Positions 24,495-34,862 are shown, counted from the stretch's first letter. The stretch: DNA of 64,000 nucleotides from an uncultured Acidobacteriaceae bacterium (GCA_963840555.1 CAWIZK010000003.1:11779-75778); one strand, 5' to 3'. Made by a program: numbers and translations. The notes: generated from the letters alone by a model not told the origin.

Positions 24495-25358
24495 ATGGCA
24501 TCTGTCTTAATCACCGGCACCAGCAAGGGGATTGGTTTCGAAACTGCACTGTTGTTTGCTCGCGCCGGCCACACGGTCCATGCCACCATGCGCAACCCGG
24601 ACAAGGCTCCGGAATTGTCAGCGGCAGCGGCGCTCGAAAACCTGCCGATTACGATCACCGCCCTCGATGTGGACTCCGACCAGTCAGTCGCTACGGCCTT
24701 CGCCGCCATCTACGATAGCCACGGCGCCATCGATGTCTTGGTAAATAACGCCGGAATCGAGCGTGTTAGCTCCATCGAAGAGCTTCCGTTCGACGACTTC
24801 CGCGCCGCCATGGAGACCAACTATTTCGGCGCCCTGCGCTGCATCAAGGCGGTGGTACCCGACATGCGCGAGCGCCGCAGCGGCTGCATCATCAATGTTA
24901 CGTCCGTGGCCGGCCGCATCTCCTGTCCGCCGTTCGCGCCCTATGCCGCTTCCAAGTGGGCGCTGGAAGCCCTCAGCGAGACCCTGGCCGCCGAGATGAA
25001 GACCTTCAACGTCCGCGTGGCGATCGTCGAACCCGGCATCATTGACACCGCCATGGCGCACCGTATCTCCGAGCCGACCCACCTGTCGGCGTACACCCAG
25101 CGCGATCGTATGGCGGGCATGTTCACGGACGCGCTTCACACTCCGACCTCGCCTACGCTGGTTGCGGAAAAGATTCTGGAGATTGCCGCGGGTACGTCTT
25201 GGCAATTGCGTCACCTGGTCGGGCCAAATTCCGTTCCTTTCATCGAGTGGCGTCGCGGCATGACCGATGAGGAATGGGTGGACCTCCATTCGTCCGACGA
25301 TGAAGAATACTTCCGCCGCACCTCGCAAAGCTCACTGCCGGGGGGAACCGGGGACTGA
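24495..25358 (+). CDS. short-chain dehydrogenase/reductase (SDR)
   Basis: TGTSKGIG cofactor motif, NNAG, and the YAASK catalytic YxxxK. Confidence 0.85.
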   Translation: MASVLITGTSKGIGFETALLFARAGHTVHATMRNPDKAPELSAAAALENLPITITALDVDSDQSVATAFAAIYDSHGAIDVLVNNAGIERVSSIEELPFDDFRAAMETNYFGALRCIKAVVPDMRERRSGCIINVTSVAGRISCPPFAPYAASKWALEALSETLAAEMKTFNVRVAIVEPGIIDTAMAHRISEPTHLSAYTQRDRMAGMFTDALHTPTSPTLVAEKILEIAAGTSWQLRHLVGPNSVPFIEWRRGMTDEEWVDLHSSDDEEYFRRTSQSSLPGGTGD

Positions 25359-25383
25359 ATCCGAACTTTAGTCGATGAGGTGG

Positions 25384-25414
25384 CCCACATTTCCCAGCGT
25401 TCGGGAAATGTGGG
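25384..25414 (+). terminator. perfect 12-bp stem hairpin downstream of the SDR gene (also a repeat-family member)
   Basis: CCCACATTTCCC-agcgttc-GGGAAATGTGGG, 26 nt after the SDR stop. No clear T-tract. Confidence 0.45.
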
Positions 25415-25432
25415 AGTCAGAGCCAAAGTTAT

Positions 25433-25507
25433 ATCCGCGGCATCCGCGTAAATCCGCGGTCTCTCTTGCTCTTTCTCGAAACTTGACACTTGAAACTTCG
25501 AAACTAG
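25433..25507 (+). repeat. composite intergenic repeat (ATCCGCG-type unit, then GAAACT(T/C)GAAAC-type unit)
   Basis: 25433-25459 matches 61760-61786. 25475-25507 (ctcgaaacttgacacttgaaacttcgaaactag) resembles 35273-35306 and 56962-56992. Confidence 0.65.
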
Positions 25508-25510
25508 TTC

Positions 25511-25996
25511 TTACAGTTTGCGCAGCACCGCGAACACTTCTTCCGTCTCTGGTTGCCGGTCGATGGGATGCACTTTCGAGTATGCGATCTTACCCTTCTT
25601 ATCGATCACAAACACCGCGCGCTCGCTGATGCCCGGGAGCGGTTCGCTGGTGCGCAAGATGCCGTACTTCGTCGCCACTTCTCCGTGAGGGTAGAAGTCG
25701 CTCGCCAGCGGCAGACTTAGGACGCCGATTTCTTTCTTCTGCCATGCGATGTGACTCGGAATCGAATCGACGCTGACGCCTATGACCTCGGCGCCGTACC
25801 CCTCGAACTTCTCCAGTTCTGCGTTGAACGCAGGCAATTCCGCCGAGCACACCGGCGTCCAGTCGGCCGGATAAAACACCAGCACCACGTTCTTCTTGCC
25901 GCGATATTCGCTGAGTTTTACGCGCTGTTTAATATTGCCTATTACCGCCGGCAAGTCGAAATCGGGAGCTTCATCTCCAACATTTAAGGGCGCCAT
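25511..25996 (-). CDS. peroxiredoxin (AhpC/TSA, BCP-like)
   Basis: FYPADWTPVCSAE peroxidatic Cys motif. ATG at 25996 preceded by AGGAGG. Confidence 0.85.
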   Translation of the reverse strand: MAPLNVGDEAPDFDLPAVIGNIKQRVKLSEYRGKKNVVLVFYPADWTPVCSAELPAFNAELEKFEGYGAEVIGVSVDSIPSHIAWQKKEIGVLSLPLASDFYPHGEVATKYGILRTSEPLPGISERAVFVIDKKGKIAYSKVHPIDRQPETEEVFAVLRKL

Positions 25997-26134
25997 ACGT
26001 TCCTCCTGGCAAAAGGAGATTCTAGAGAGGCTTGCCGTGTCTCGCAAGTCGAGTGCCAGCCGATTTCACGCGATTGTAACTTCCTTGCGCTCAGTGCTTC
26101 ACATCTTCTGTATCCTCGTTAGCGATAGCTCGGA

Positions 26135-26902
26135 ATGTTAGTACAGGTCAAACACGATGCCCCTGGGTCCTGGCGCTCATACATTGCGGGCAAGCCGGCA
26201 TGGCTTCTTCCGTACCTGGTGATCGAGTGGCCAATGGCCTGGCTGGCGTTCGCACTGAGCCGCTGGTCGTTTCTACACGTGCTGGAGTCGCTCGGCAGTC
26301 TTTCTGTACTGGTTGCGGTGATTTTCTACTTCAGCGAAGCTGGTGACCGCGTGAAGCAGAAGCACTACCAGGCGTGGCAGGTCATTAACACAGCGCAGCA
26401 CATGGGCGGCAGCGGCGGCCGCATCGACGCCCTCGCCGAGCTCAACGCCGACCACGTCCCGCTTGTCGGCGTCAATCTTGCTTCCGCTTTCCTCCAGGGG
26501 GTACAACTTCCCAAGGCCCGGCTGCTGCGCGCCAACCTTACCGCCGCCGATGTGCGCAACAGCAATCTCGCGGGAGCCGATCTGTCTTACGCGTCACTGA
26601 ATGGCGCAAACTTCCGCCAGAGCGATCTGACTTCTGTGAATTTCAACTCCTCCGATCTCGCCGATGGCGATTTTTGCGGCGCCCGCTTCGCCTCATCCGA
26701 TCTCACCGCCGCTGTCCTTGACGGAGCCGATCTTGGCAACGCCGATCTCCGCAGCATTCAGTGGCAGCAAATCAAGAGCTTGAAGAAGACAAATCTCGCG
26801 GGAGTCAAGAACGCGCCCGACGGCTTCTTGACCTGGGCGCTCAGTAAAGGTGCTGTGCAACTCGAAACGAATCCGAATTGCCCACCGAGTGCCAATCCTT
26901 AA
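26135..26902 (+). CDS. pentapeptide-repeat protein with N-terminal membrane segment
   Basis: Long run of A(D/N)LxX pentapeptides (ANLTAADVRNSNLAGADLSYASLNGANFRQSDL...). Confidence 0.8.
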   Translation: MLVQVKHDAPGSWRSYIAGKPAWLLPYLVIEWPMAWLAFALSRWSFLHVLESLGSLSVLVAVIFYFSEAGDRVKQKHYQAWQVINTAQHMGGSGGRIDALAELNADHVPLVGVNLASAFLQGVQLPKARLLRANLTAADVRNSNLAGADLSYASLNGANFRQSDLTSVNFNSSDLADGDFCGARFASSDLTAAVLDGADLGNADLRSIQWQQIKSLKKTNLAGVKNAPDGFLTWALSKGAVQLETNPNCPPSANP

Positions 26903-26918
26903 TCCAGCTTGGCCGTTG

Positions 26919-27491
26919 CTATCCAAATAGCCGCGGCGCCAGCGCACCGGTCGTCCGGCGATACTCTTCGTACTCGACGCCGAAGGTGCGAACCATAAAC
27001 TGCTCCTCCATTCGGCTCTTGATCGTCCACGCTATCCAAAGCAGCACGACCGACACAGCGCCGCGGACTTTTCCGTTCGCCAGAAACGTGCCGAACATAC
27101 CCAGTAGGATTCCTGTATAGATTGGGTGTCTCACCAACCGGTACGGGCCGCCGCGAATGAGCTGGTGTTTCTCTTTGATGGTGGGGACGCTGCTCCAATT
27201 GCTTCCCAGATAAACCCGTGCCCATATAGCGAAGCCCATTCCCGCCAGCGTAACCACGACCGCCGCTACCTCGATGGCTTGCGTTTTTGGAATGATGCGG
27301 TACTGCAACCAGTCCACGTCGTAATGGAATCCGAACATGAGGTACATGCCCAGCACCACGGGAATGTTGTAGTAGATCCGGTTGGCCCAATCCACGCGTT
27401 CCACGGCCCGTTTGGTACGCAGTCCGGCAAGAATCCAAAGCACAAAAAACGCAGACCACAGATAACGACAAATAAGCATTCCATCGATCAT
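26919..27491 (-). CDS. isoprenylcysteine carboxyl methyltransferase family protein (second paralogue)
   Basis: VRHPIYTGILLG and EEQFMVRTFGVEYEEY motifs. ATG at 27491; the track start at 27500 is a TTG. Confidence 0.8.
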   Translation of the reverse strand: MIDGMLICRYLWSAFFVLWILAGLRTKRAVERVDWANRIYYNIPVVLGMYLMFGFHYDVDWLQYRIIPKTQAIEVAAVVVTLAGMGFAIWARVYLGSNWSSVPTIKEKHQLIRGGPYRLVRHPIYTGILLGMFGTFLANGKVRGAVSVVLLWIAWTIKSRMEEQFMVRTFGVEYEEYRRTTGALAPRLFG

Positions 27492-27621
27492 GGGCTGCAA
27501 GTTTACTGCACACGGTCAGGTTTGCGGCCATCGATTTCGGCCTGCAACTTCCGCCGTTGCAGCGGGTTTAGACTGGTTCAAGTCGTCGCAGGACTCAACT
27601 CAACCGGAACAGGGAAGACCC

Positions 27622-28885
27622 ATGCATTTCGCCACCCGCGTGACGAAACTCCACGCGCAAAACGCCAACCGACTGTCGGACTCGGCAAAATTCCTCGCAG
27701 CCTTCTCGCTCTTGCTGTCGTGCTTGGCGCTCTACGGCCAGCAGGCGCCTCCAGCAAAGCAGGCCCAGCCCACGCCACAAGACGATCAAGCGGTCACCAC
27801 CATCAAGAAAGACGTCAACGTCGTCAACGTGCTGGCCACGGTGCGCAACAAGCAGGGCCAGATTGTCTCCACCCTCACCAAAGAAGACTTCAAGCTGGAA
27901 GTGGACGGCAAGCCCCAAACCATCCGTTACTTCTCTCGTGTTACCGACACTCCACTCACTCTGGGTCTCCTTGTTGACACCAGCCTCAGCCAGCGCCGCC
28001 TGCTCGATAAGGAGCGCAGCGCCAGCTATACGTTCCTGAACGACTTGCTCAACGAGTCTCGAGACAAAGCCTTCATTATCCACTTCGATTTTGACATTGA
28101 GCTGTTGCAAGACCTGACCAGCTCGCGGCCTAAGCTCCAGGCCGCTCTCCAGAAGATCGAGTCCCCCGAGCCCCAGCAGATGAATACCAGCGGCGGACAG
28201 GGTGGAGGGCAGGGCGGCGGCGGCCGGGGCGGCGGCACCAAACTCTACGATGCCATCTTCCTCGCTTGCGACGAAATTACCTCCAAACAGAGCGGCCGTA
28301 AGGCCATCATCATTCTTTCCGACGGAGTCGATCAGGGCAGCAAGGTCGGCATGATACGCGCCATCGAATCCGCTCAGCGAGCGAATACCCTCGTCTACAC
28401 CATCCTCTTCGCCGATCCCGGTGCCTATAACAACATGGCCGGAGGACACCCCGGCGGCCATGGCGGAGGAGGCGGCGGCTATCCCGGCGGAGGCTACCCG
28501 GGTGGTGGTGGCTATCCCGGCGGCCGCAGATATCCCGGCGGAGGTGGCTACCCGGGTGGCGGCGGTGGCGGATACCCCGGCGGCGGGCAGGGTGGCGGCG
28601 GCAATCGCGGCGGCGGCGGGGCCTCTCCTCACGAAGACGGCAAGCACGTCATGGAGATGCTCGCCCAGCAGACCGGACGCGCGCTTTTTCGAGGTCACGA
28701 AGAAAGAGTCGATCGACGACATCTACAAGACCATCGGCGAGGAACTTCGCAACCAGTACAATCTGGGCTTCACTCCCGAGCAGGCCGAGGTCGAGGGCGA
28801 CTTCCACAAAATCAACGTCACCACCACCCAAAAAGACATGACGGTCCAGTCCCGCGAAGGCTACTACTCCGGCAAGCAGCCGTAG
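27622..28885 (+). pseudogene. VWFA-related secreted protein with Gly/Tyr/Pro low-complexity insert; reading frame broken near 28680-28690
   Basis: Signal peptide. VNVLATVRNKQGQIVSTLTKEDFKLEVDGKPQTIRYF and LGLLVDTSLSQ are typical of the acidobacterial VWFA-related family. The C-terminus FFEVTKKESIDDIYKTIGEELRNQYNLGFTP... continues in another frame after MLAQQTGRA (one extra base in the cgcgcgc run). Confidence 0.7.
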
Positions 28886-28911
28886 AATTTTCCAATCACG
28901 ACTATGAAAAA

Positions 28912-28935
28912 GGGGCGGGATTCGCATCCCGCCCC
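28912..28935 (-). terminator. intrinsic terminator (10-bp GC stem) between convergent genes
   Basis: GGGGCGGGAT-tcgc-ATCCCGCCCC. On the minus strand it is followed by TTTTTC, so it best fits termination of the aconitase gene. Confidence 0.7.
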
Positions 28936-28966
28936 TCAAGTCTTTCTATCCTCTAACCGCAAACGG

Positions 28967-31728
28967 CTACGCCAACAACCCTCGCAGCACGTACTGCAAG
29001 ATCCCGCCGTGCTGGTAATACAGCACTTCCTGCGGCGTATCAATCCTCACCGTCGCGTGGAACTCGTGGACCGAACCATCAGCATTCTTCGCCCGAACCT
29101 TCACCGTCTTGCCCGGAGCGAAATTCGCCAGCACTTCCGTAAGTCCCACAACGTCGTACACCTCTTCGCCGGTCAAGCCGTTGGTTTCAGCGCTCTCTTC
29201 CTGGAGGAACTGCAGCGGCAGGATGCCCATGCCCACCAGGTTCGACCTGTGGATGCGCTCGAAGCTCTCCGCCAGCGCCACCCGCACGCCCAGCAGCCGC
29301 GGCCCCTTCGCCGCCCAGTCACGGGAAGAACCGGAGCCATACTCCTTGCCCGCCAGCACCATCAGCGGAGTCCCCTCCGCCCGATACTTCACCGACGCAT
29401 CGTAGATAAACATCTCCTCGCCATCAGGGCAGGTGTCGCGTGTACGCGCCCTCGCGGTCCGGCGTGAGCTTGTTGCGCAGCCGCACATTGGCAAACGTGC
29501 CACGCATCATGACTTCATGATTGCCGCGCCGCGATCCGTACGAGTTGAAGTCCACCGGCTGCACGCCGTGCTCGATCAGGTATTTCCCGGCCGGACTGCT
29601 CGCCTTGATCGATCCTGCCGGCGAGATATGGTCCGTCGTCACACTGTTGCCCAGGTAGCACAACACGCGCGCGCCTGAAATATCGCCCACCGCCGCCGGC
29701 GTCTTCGGCATGTTCTCGAAGTACGGCGGATGCTTCACATACGTCGACTCTTCTCGTCCCACGTGAACGTCTCGCCCGCCGGAACCTTCAGCCCCTGCCA
29801 GCGTTCATCGCCTTTCAGCACATCTTTGTACGCTGACGTGAACACGTCCTTCGTGATGTACTCCTTCAGCACGTCGTCCACTTCTTTCGCTGTCGGCCAA
29901 ATTTCCTTCAGGAACACCGGCTTGCCATTCCCGAATCCCAGCGGCTCTTTGTACACGTCAATGTCGATGCGCCCTGCCAGCGCGAACGCCACCACCAGCG
30001 GCGGAGACATCAGGTAATTCGCGCGCACTTCCGAGTTAATGCGCCCTTCAAAGTTGCGATTGCCACTCAGCACCGACGCCACCACCAGGTCTTTCTCGCC
30101 AATCACGGTCGACACTTCCTGCGGCAGCGGCCCCGAGTTGCCGATGCACGTCGTGCATCCATAGCCCACGGTATGGAACTTCAGTTTCTCCAGGTACGGC
30201 AGCAGGCCCGAGCGCGTCAGGTATTCCGTCACCACCATCGAACCCGGCGCCAGCGACGTCTTTACCCACGACGGAACCTTCCATCCCCTTCTCGACGGCC
30301 TTCTTCGCCACCAATCCCGCCGCCACCATCACCGACGGATTCGACGTGTTCGTGCAGCTCGTGATCGCCGCAATCACGACGCTGCCGTGATCGAGCTCGC
30401 GATTCATCGGCACGTGTTCCTGAACCTGCTCCACCGGAGGCTCCTGCGAATCCATTCCCGCCGGATGTCCGCCTTCACCTTCCCAACGCGCGCCCTGCTT
30501 CGGAGGAACCTGTTGCCCCGGCTTCAGCAGCGTTGGCAGCGCAGCGGTAAATGACCGTCCCGCTTCCGACAGCACCACCCGGTCCTGCGGACGCTTCGGC
30601 CCCGCAATGCTCGGCTCCACGGTCGCCAAATCCAGATCGAGCACGTCCGTGTACTCCGCTTCCGGCGTGTCTTTGGTGTAGAACAGTCCCTGCTCTTTGT
30701 AGTACGCCTCGACGACGGCGACGTCTTCTTCCTTGCGTCCGCTCAGCCGCAGATAACGCAACGTTTCATCATCCACCGGGAAGATGCCGCACGTCGCGCC
30801 ATACTCCGGAGCCATGTTCGCAATCGTCGCGCGATCGGCCAGCGGCAACCCGCTGCAGCCCGGGCCCGAAGAACTCCACGAACTTTCCAACCACGCCCTT
30901 CTTGCGCAGCATCTCCGTCACGGTCAGCACTAGGTCGGTCGCGGTCGAGCCTTCCTTGAGGCTGTTCTTCAGCCGCACGCCCACTACCTGCGGAATCAGC
31001 ATCGACACCGGCTGTCCCAGCATGGCGGCTTCGGCCTCGATTCCGCCCACGCCCCAGCCCAGCACTCCCACGCCATTGATCATCGTGGTGTGCGAGTCCG
31101 TTCCCACCAGCGTGTCCGGATACGCCATCGGATCTCCGCTCTCGCCCTTCACTCCCACGAACACCACTCGCGCCAGGAACTCCAGATTGATCTGGTGCAC
31201 AATGCCTGTATCCGGAGGAACAATCGCGAAATTCTTGAACGCCGTCTGTCCCCAGCGCAGGAACGCATAGCGCTCTTTGTTGCGCGCAAACTCTAATTCG
31301 GCGTTGAGCTGGAACGCCTGCGGTGTCCCGAACTCGTCCACCTGCACCGAGTGGTCAATCACCAGCTCTGCCGGTTGCAGCGGATTGATCAGCTCTGGGT
31401 CGCCTCCCAGCGCCTTCATGGCGTCGCGCATTGCTGCCAGGTCCACCACCGCGGGTACGCCCGTGAAGTCCTGTAGCAGCACGCGGCTGGGCATAAACGC
31501 AATCTCTTCCGACGGAACGCTCTTGCTGTTCCACGCTGTCAGCGCACGCACGTCATCGGCTTTCACCGCCTTGCCGTCCTCCCGCCGCAGCAGGTTCTCC
31601 AGCAGAATTCGCAACGAATACGGCAGATGCTTCATGGAGCACCCGTGCGCCTCAACGGCGCTCAGCCGATAAAACTCAAACTGTCTGGAACCGACGCGGA
31701 GGGTAGACCGACTGCCAAAACTGTTCAT
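28967..31728 (-). pseudogene. acnA: aconitate hydratase A, interrupted by four frameshifts
   Basis: Five consecutive track ORFs concatenate into one full-length aconitase: [10 protein letters not shown]...IDHSVQVD...GTDSHTTM...[19 protein letters not shown]...[10 protein letters not shown]...[12 protein letters not shown]...NRNFEGR...SSRDWAAKG...[10 protein letters not shown]. Frame changes occur near 30857, 30280-30288, 29744-29747 and 29427-29429. Confidence 0.85.
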
Positions 31729-31960
31729 GAATGAATCCCTTCTTAATTGATGCTTCTGGACGGCGGAGCGATGAAACGCGGCATTCACTAACGCGAAACT
31801 ATCTATCTTAAATCGTGGGGTGGGGCAGTGAATAGGGGCGGTGGGAGGTGCCGCGTTCGAGCGCGCGCATCGAACGGAACTTTCGTTCTTTCTCCCTACC
31901 GCCCCACACTTCTCTCAATCTGGCATGGACAGGAATCGCGAGCAGTCTCTAGCTCCCCAA

Positions 31961-33241
31961 TCACTCGTCATGGTGCACGGGACTCAAGTTGTTCTTGTAG
32001 ACAAACGTGGCGATAGCTCGCCCCAGACGCCCACCCGCATCTTGGTCGGTTCGAAAATGTATGCCGCCGTAAACGCGCGCGTCGTCGACATCGTCGGTAA
32101 TCTGCTTGAACCTCGTGTAATGCAACACGATGTTCGTCGCCGGAGGGTTCGAAAGTGTGATCGAATGTCCGCCTTCGCCATAGAGACGCCTCATGACCTC
32201 GGCGCCGCTATAACTGCCGCTGGCGTGATTCGAGGGATAGCTCGGGAAACACGGCGCCGCGATGAAGGGGGCGTAGGTGGGATCGGCAGTCGTTTTCCAG
32301 TTGCCGTCCGTGTCACCCGCATGAATCGCCGTTTCGGGGCGCCAAAAGTTGTAGTGGTATTTATTAAAGAATGACGCCACGAAGCCGTCATTGATGGCCA
32401 TGTTGACCAGCGCCAAGGCTCGGGCATTCTCAGACAACGAACTGCCCTGTGCGACGGCGATCTGCCGGGCAGCCTGATCGAACACCACAGTCGACGAGGT
32501 GACCGCGTAGAAATGAACGACATCAGCCCGATCTTGGGGCCGCTCGGTGCTGTTCAGGCTTCCGACCGTCAATACCTCGTTGTAGGCCTTTGCGTATTGG
32601 TTGCTCGTGAGCGCTGGCGGCGGATCGAGGAGATACGCCTTGGCACTTGGGACACCGAACGGGGTTACATTCTGCCATTGGAAGAAGACCCCCACGGCAA
32701 TTCCATTCACGATTGGACAACTCGGCGTGGCCTGCCATTCACCTGGAACAGCGGAGCCCGGTATCTTGAACTGCGGAGGCGACGACCCGTCGTTGGCGCG
32801 CAAAAGCATCATGGCCGCGGCTGCAGCGTCACCTGTCGCTATCCCATCATCCTTGGCCTGGCCGTCCGGAATCAACGCCAACGAACTCGCGAGTGCGGCG
32901 TCCAGCGTCGACGCGCTGGCTGGGTAATAGTGACTAAGCACCCGATACGCAGCCTCGATGGCTGCGGCGTCGGCGGATGCGCCTTTCGGTGCTGTGATGG
33001 TTCCGAGATACGGCCTGTAGTCGCCGGTAACAGCGTTGACCGCTTCAAATACAGCCAGTTGCGTGATCGCCGCGACGCGCGACAAGTCGAATGGGTTCTG
33101 GCCGTTCGCGATAGCAGTATTGATCGCAATTGCGTTCCAGTCTAAGACAACATCGGCTTTTGCGGTGACCGTCCCAAGCAACAAGCAAGCGACAGCAATA
33201 AACACAATGAGCGACTTCTTGAAAACAACGGGAGTTTTCAT
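31961..33241 (-). CDS. PAP2-superfamily protein (vanadium haloperoxidase/acid phosphatase-like), secreted
   Basis: Signal peptide from the ATG at 33241. PAP2 signature pieces FWRPET, SYPSNHAS and ARVYGGIHFRTD. Confidence 0.7.
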   Translation of the reverse strand: MKTPVVFKKSLIVFIAVACLLLGTVTAKADVVLDWNAIAINTAIANGQNPFDLSRVAAITQLAVFEAVNAVTGDYRPYLGTITAPKGASADAAAIEAAYRVLSHYYPASASTLDAALASSLALIPDGQAKDDGIATGDAAAAAMMLLRANDGSSPPQFKIPGSAVPGEWQATPSCPIVNGIAVGVFFQWQNVTPFGVPSAKAYLLDPPPALTSNQYAKAYNEVLTVGSLNSTERPQDRADVVHFYAVTSSTVVFDQAARQIAVAQGSSLSENARALALVNMAINDGFVASFFNKYHYNFWRPETAIHAGDTDGNWKTTADPTYAPFIAAPCFPSYPSNHASGSYSGAEVMRRLYGEGGHSITLSNPPATNIVLHYTRFKQITDDVDDARVYGGIHFRTDQDAGGRLGRAIATFVYKNNLSPVHHDE

Positions 33242-33750
33242 GGGGATGTCCTCTAACTTTTCGGTGGGGGCGGGGAGAAGTTGGCAGAATCGACTTCGCC
33301 GCTGGAAAAAGTCAGCCGATCCGAAATTTCGATGCCTCGGTAGCACCTGTCATAGCTTCGATCGGATGGCAGAGACTACTTGCGTCTTGGGCCAGAGGGG
33401 ACCCATACATCCGACGAAGATAAATAAGACAGAGGAAGGGACAGTGTCGGCCGAGTAGAGCGAGTATATGCAGAGACTATCGGATGTCAATCAGATTCTA
33501 GTCTTGGCACGAATATTCTAGTTGCAGTCCGAGTTAACTAGAATTTAGGCGCTGATTTTTCAAAGCCTAAAACTACAACTGCGAGCCGAAGCTCGCGGTT
33601 GTCCGTAAAGACGGGTTGAGATGGCTGGTTAGTTCGGGGTGCCCGGTGCCTGCCCTGAGCGAGGTCGAAAGGTTCGCGCCGCGCTTTTCGGCGCTAACCA
33701 GGGTAATGTCGCCCTCAGCGTACAATTTCCCTTCTGAGGCGCACCATTTC

Positions 33751-34770
33751 ATGCGATCTAGAATTCACCAAAGCATTGTCCTCATCTGCCAATGTGCGTT
33801 CCTTCTGGCATCCTCCGCCTGGGCCCAGCACGCGGGCCCCACCACCGATAACCAGGTCGACATCCAGGTCAAGGTCACCTACGAAGACGGACGCACGCCG
33901 GTCCCGCAGGTCAAGCTCGAGCTCCTCGATAACAATGGGGTCGCCCAAAACCTGCTCTTCACTGACAAAGATGGCCGCGCCGATTTCATCATCGACCTTC
34001 AAATCACCAAGACCTACAACTTCAACCTGCGTGCCTCCAGGCAGGGCATCGAAGAAGTCGTCTCCGACACCATTCATGTCGTCCACCGCGAGGGGACCCA
34101 CATGGTGTCGCTACAAGTGAAGTCGACCGAACATCAGGCACTCCAGTCGAAGTTAGCCATTACCTCCGTCGCGCAGGCCCAAGTCCCCAAAGACGCGCGC
34201 GCCGCTTTTCACAATGGTCTTTCAGAGTGGGAGAAGAAGAATTACCAGCCGGCAGCTGATTATTTCGAGAAGGCCACCGTTCTCTATCCGCAGTACGACG
34301 AGGCGTTCAACTATCTCGGCATGATGTACGCGCACCTCGACCAGCCTGACAAGTCGCGCGCTGCCTTCGAGACTGCAGTTAAGCTGAACGACAAGAATGC
34401 CTCGGCCGACCGCAACCTTGCAGGATTGATGATGCGCGACCACAACTACGAACGCGCCGGCGACCTGGCGCGCAAGTCGCTGGCAGTCGATCCCATGAAT
34501 GCTTTCGCGTGGACAATCGCAGCCATTGCCGACCTCCAGGCTGGCAACCCCGACTTAGCTGTGAAGGCCGCCCGCAAAGCGCACGAATCTCCCCACCAAG
34601 GCTATGCGCTCTGCCACTTCGTCGCCGGACAAGCCCTCGAGCGCCAGCACGACACCGCCGGCGCAAAGCTGGAGTACGAAACCTATTTGCAGGAAACCCC
34701 CGACGGCCCCGAAGCCCCGCAAGTGAGAAAAGCCCTGGCTCGCCTGGAAGCTGCATCCGCGCAACAATAG
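33751..34770 (+). CDS. secreted TPR-repeat protein
   Basis: Signal peptide from the ATG at 33751. C-terminal TPR-like repeats (YQPAADYFEKATVLYPQYDEAFNYLGMMY...). Confidence 0.7.
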   Translation: MRSRIHQSIVLICQCAFLLASSAWAQHAGPTTDNQVDIQVKVTYEDGRTPVPQVKLELLDNNGVAQNLLFTDKDGRADFIIDLQITKTYNFNLRASRQGIEEVVSDTIHVVHREGTHMVSLQVKSTEHQALQSKLAITSVAQAQVPKDARAAFHNGLSEWEKKNYQPAADYFEKATVLYPQYDEAFNYLGMMYAHLDQPDKSRAAFETAVKLNDKNASADRNLAGLMMRDHNYERAGDLARKSLAVDPMNAFAWTIAAIADLQAGNPDLAVKAARKAHESPHQGYALCHFVAGQALERQHDTAGAKLEYETYLQETPDGPEAPQVRKALARLEAASAQQ

Positions 34771-34834
34771 GGTTGGACAAACAGAGTGTGGGGGGCGGTG
34801 CTCGGGCAATTGTGGAATTAAAAATCTCAGAATC

Positions 34835-34862
34835 CTCTGTGTCTCCGTGCCTCTGTGGTGAA
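34835..34862 (+). repeat. CTCTGTGTCTCCGTGCCTCTGTGGTGAA intergenic repeat
   Basis: Near-identical copy at 57671-57699 (ctctgtgtcctccgtgcctctgcggtgaa). Confidence 0.7.

Noticed and set aside
27126-27977. 283-aa plus-strand ORF spanning the ICMT paralogue and the VWFA 5' region
   Set aside because: Its first half is antisense to a motif-bearing ICMT gene. Its second half is out of frame with the VWFA gene, whose own ATG at 27622 gives a proper signal peptide.
28441-28620. GC-rich tandem repeats, considered as a possible CRISPR-like or non-coding tandem array
   Set aside because: The repeats are short, imperfect, contiguous without spacers, and in frame inside a coding sequence (YPGGGG repeats). 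This is coding low complexity, not a CRISPR array.
27595-28722. 375-aa minus-strand ORF
   Set aside because: It is antisense to the VWFA-related gene. It is dominated by Ala/Gly runs that mirror the sense-strand Gly-rich repeats.
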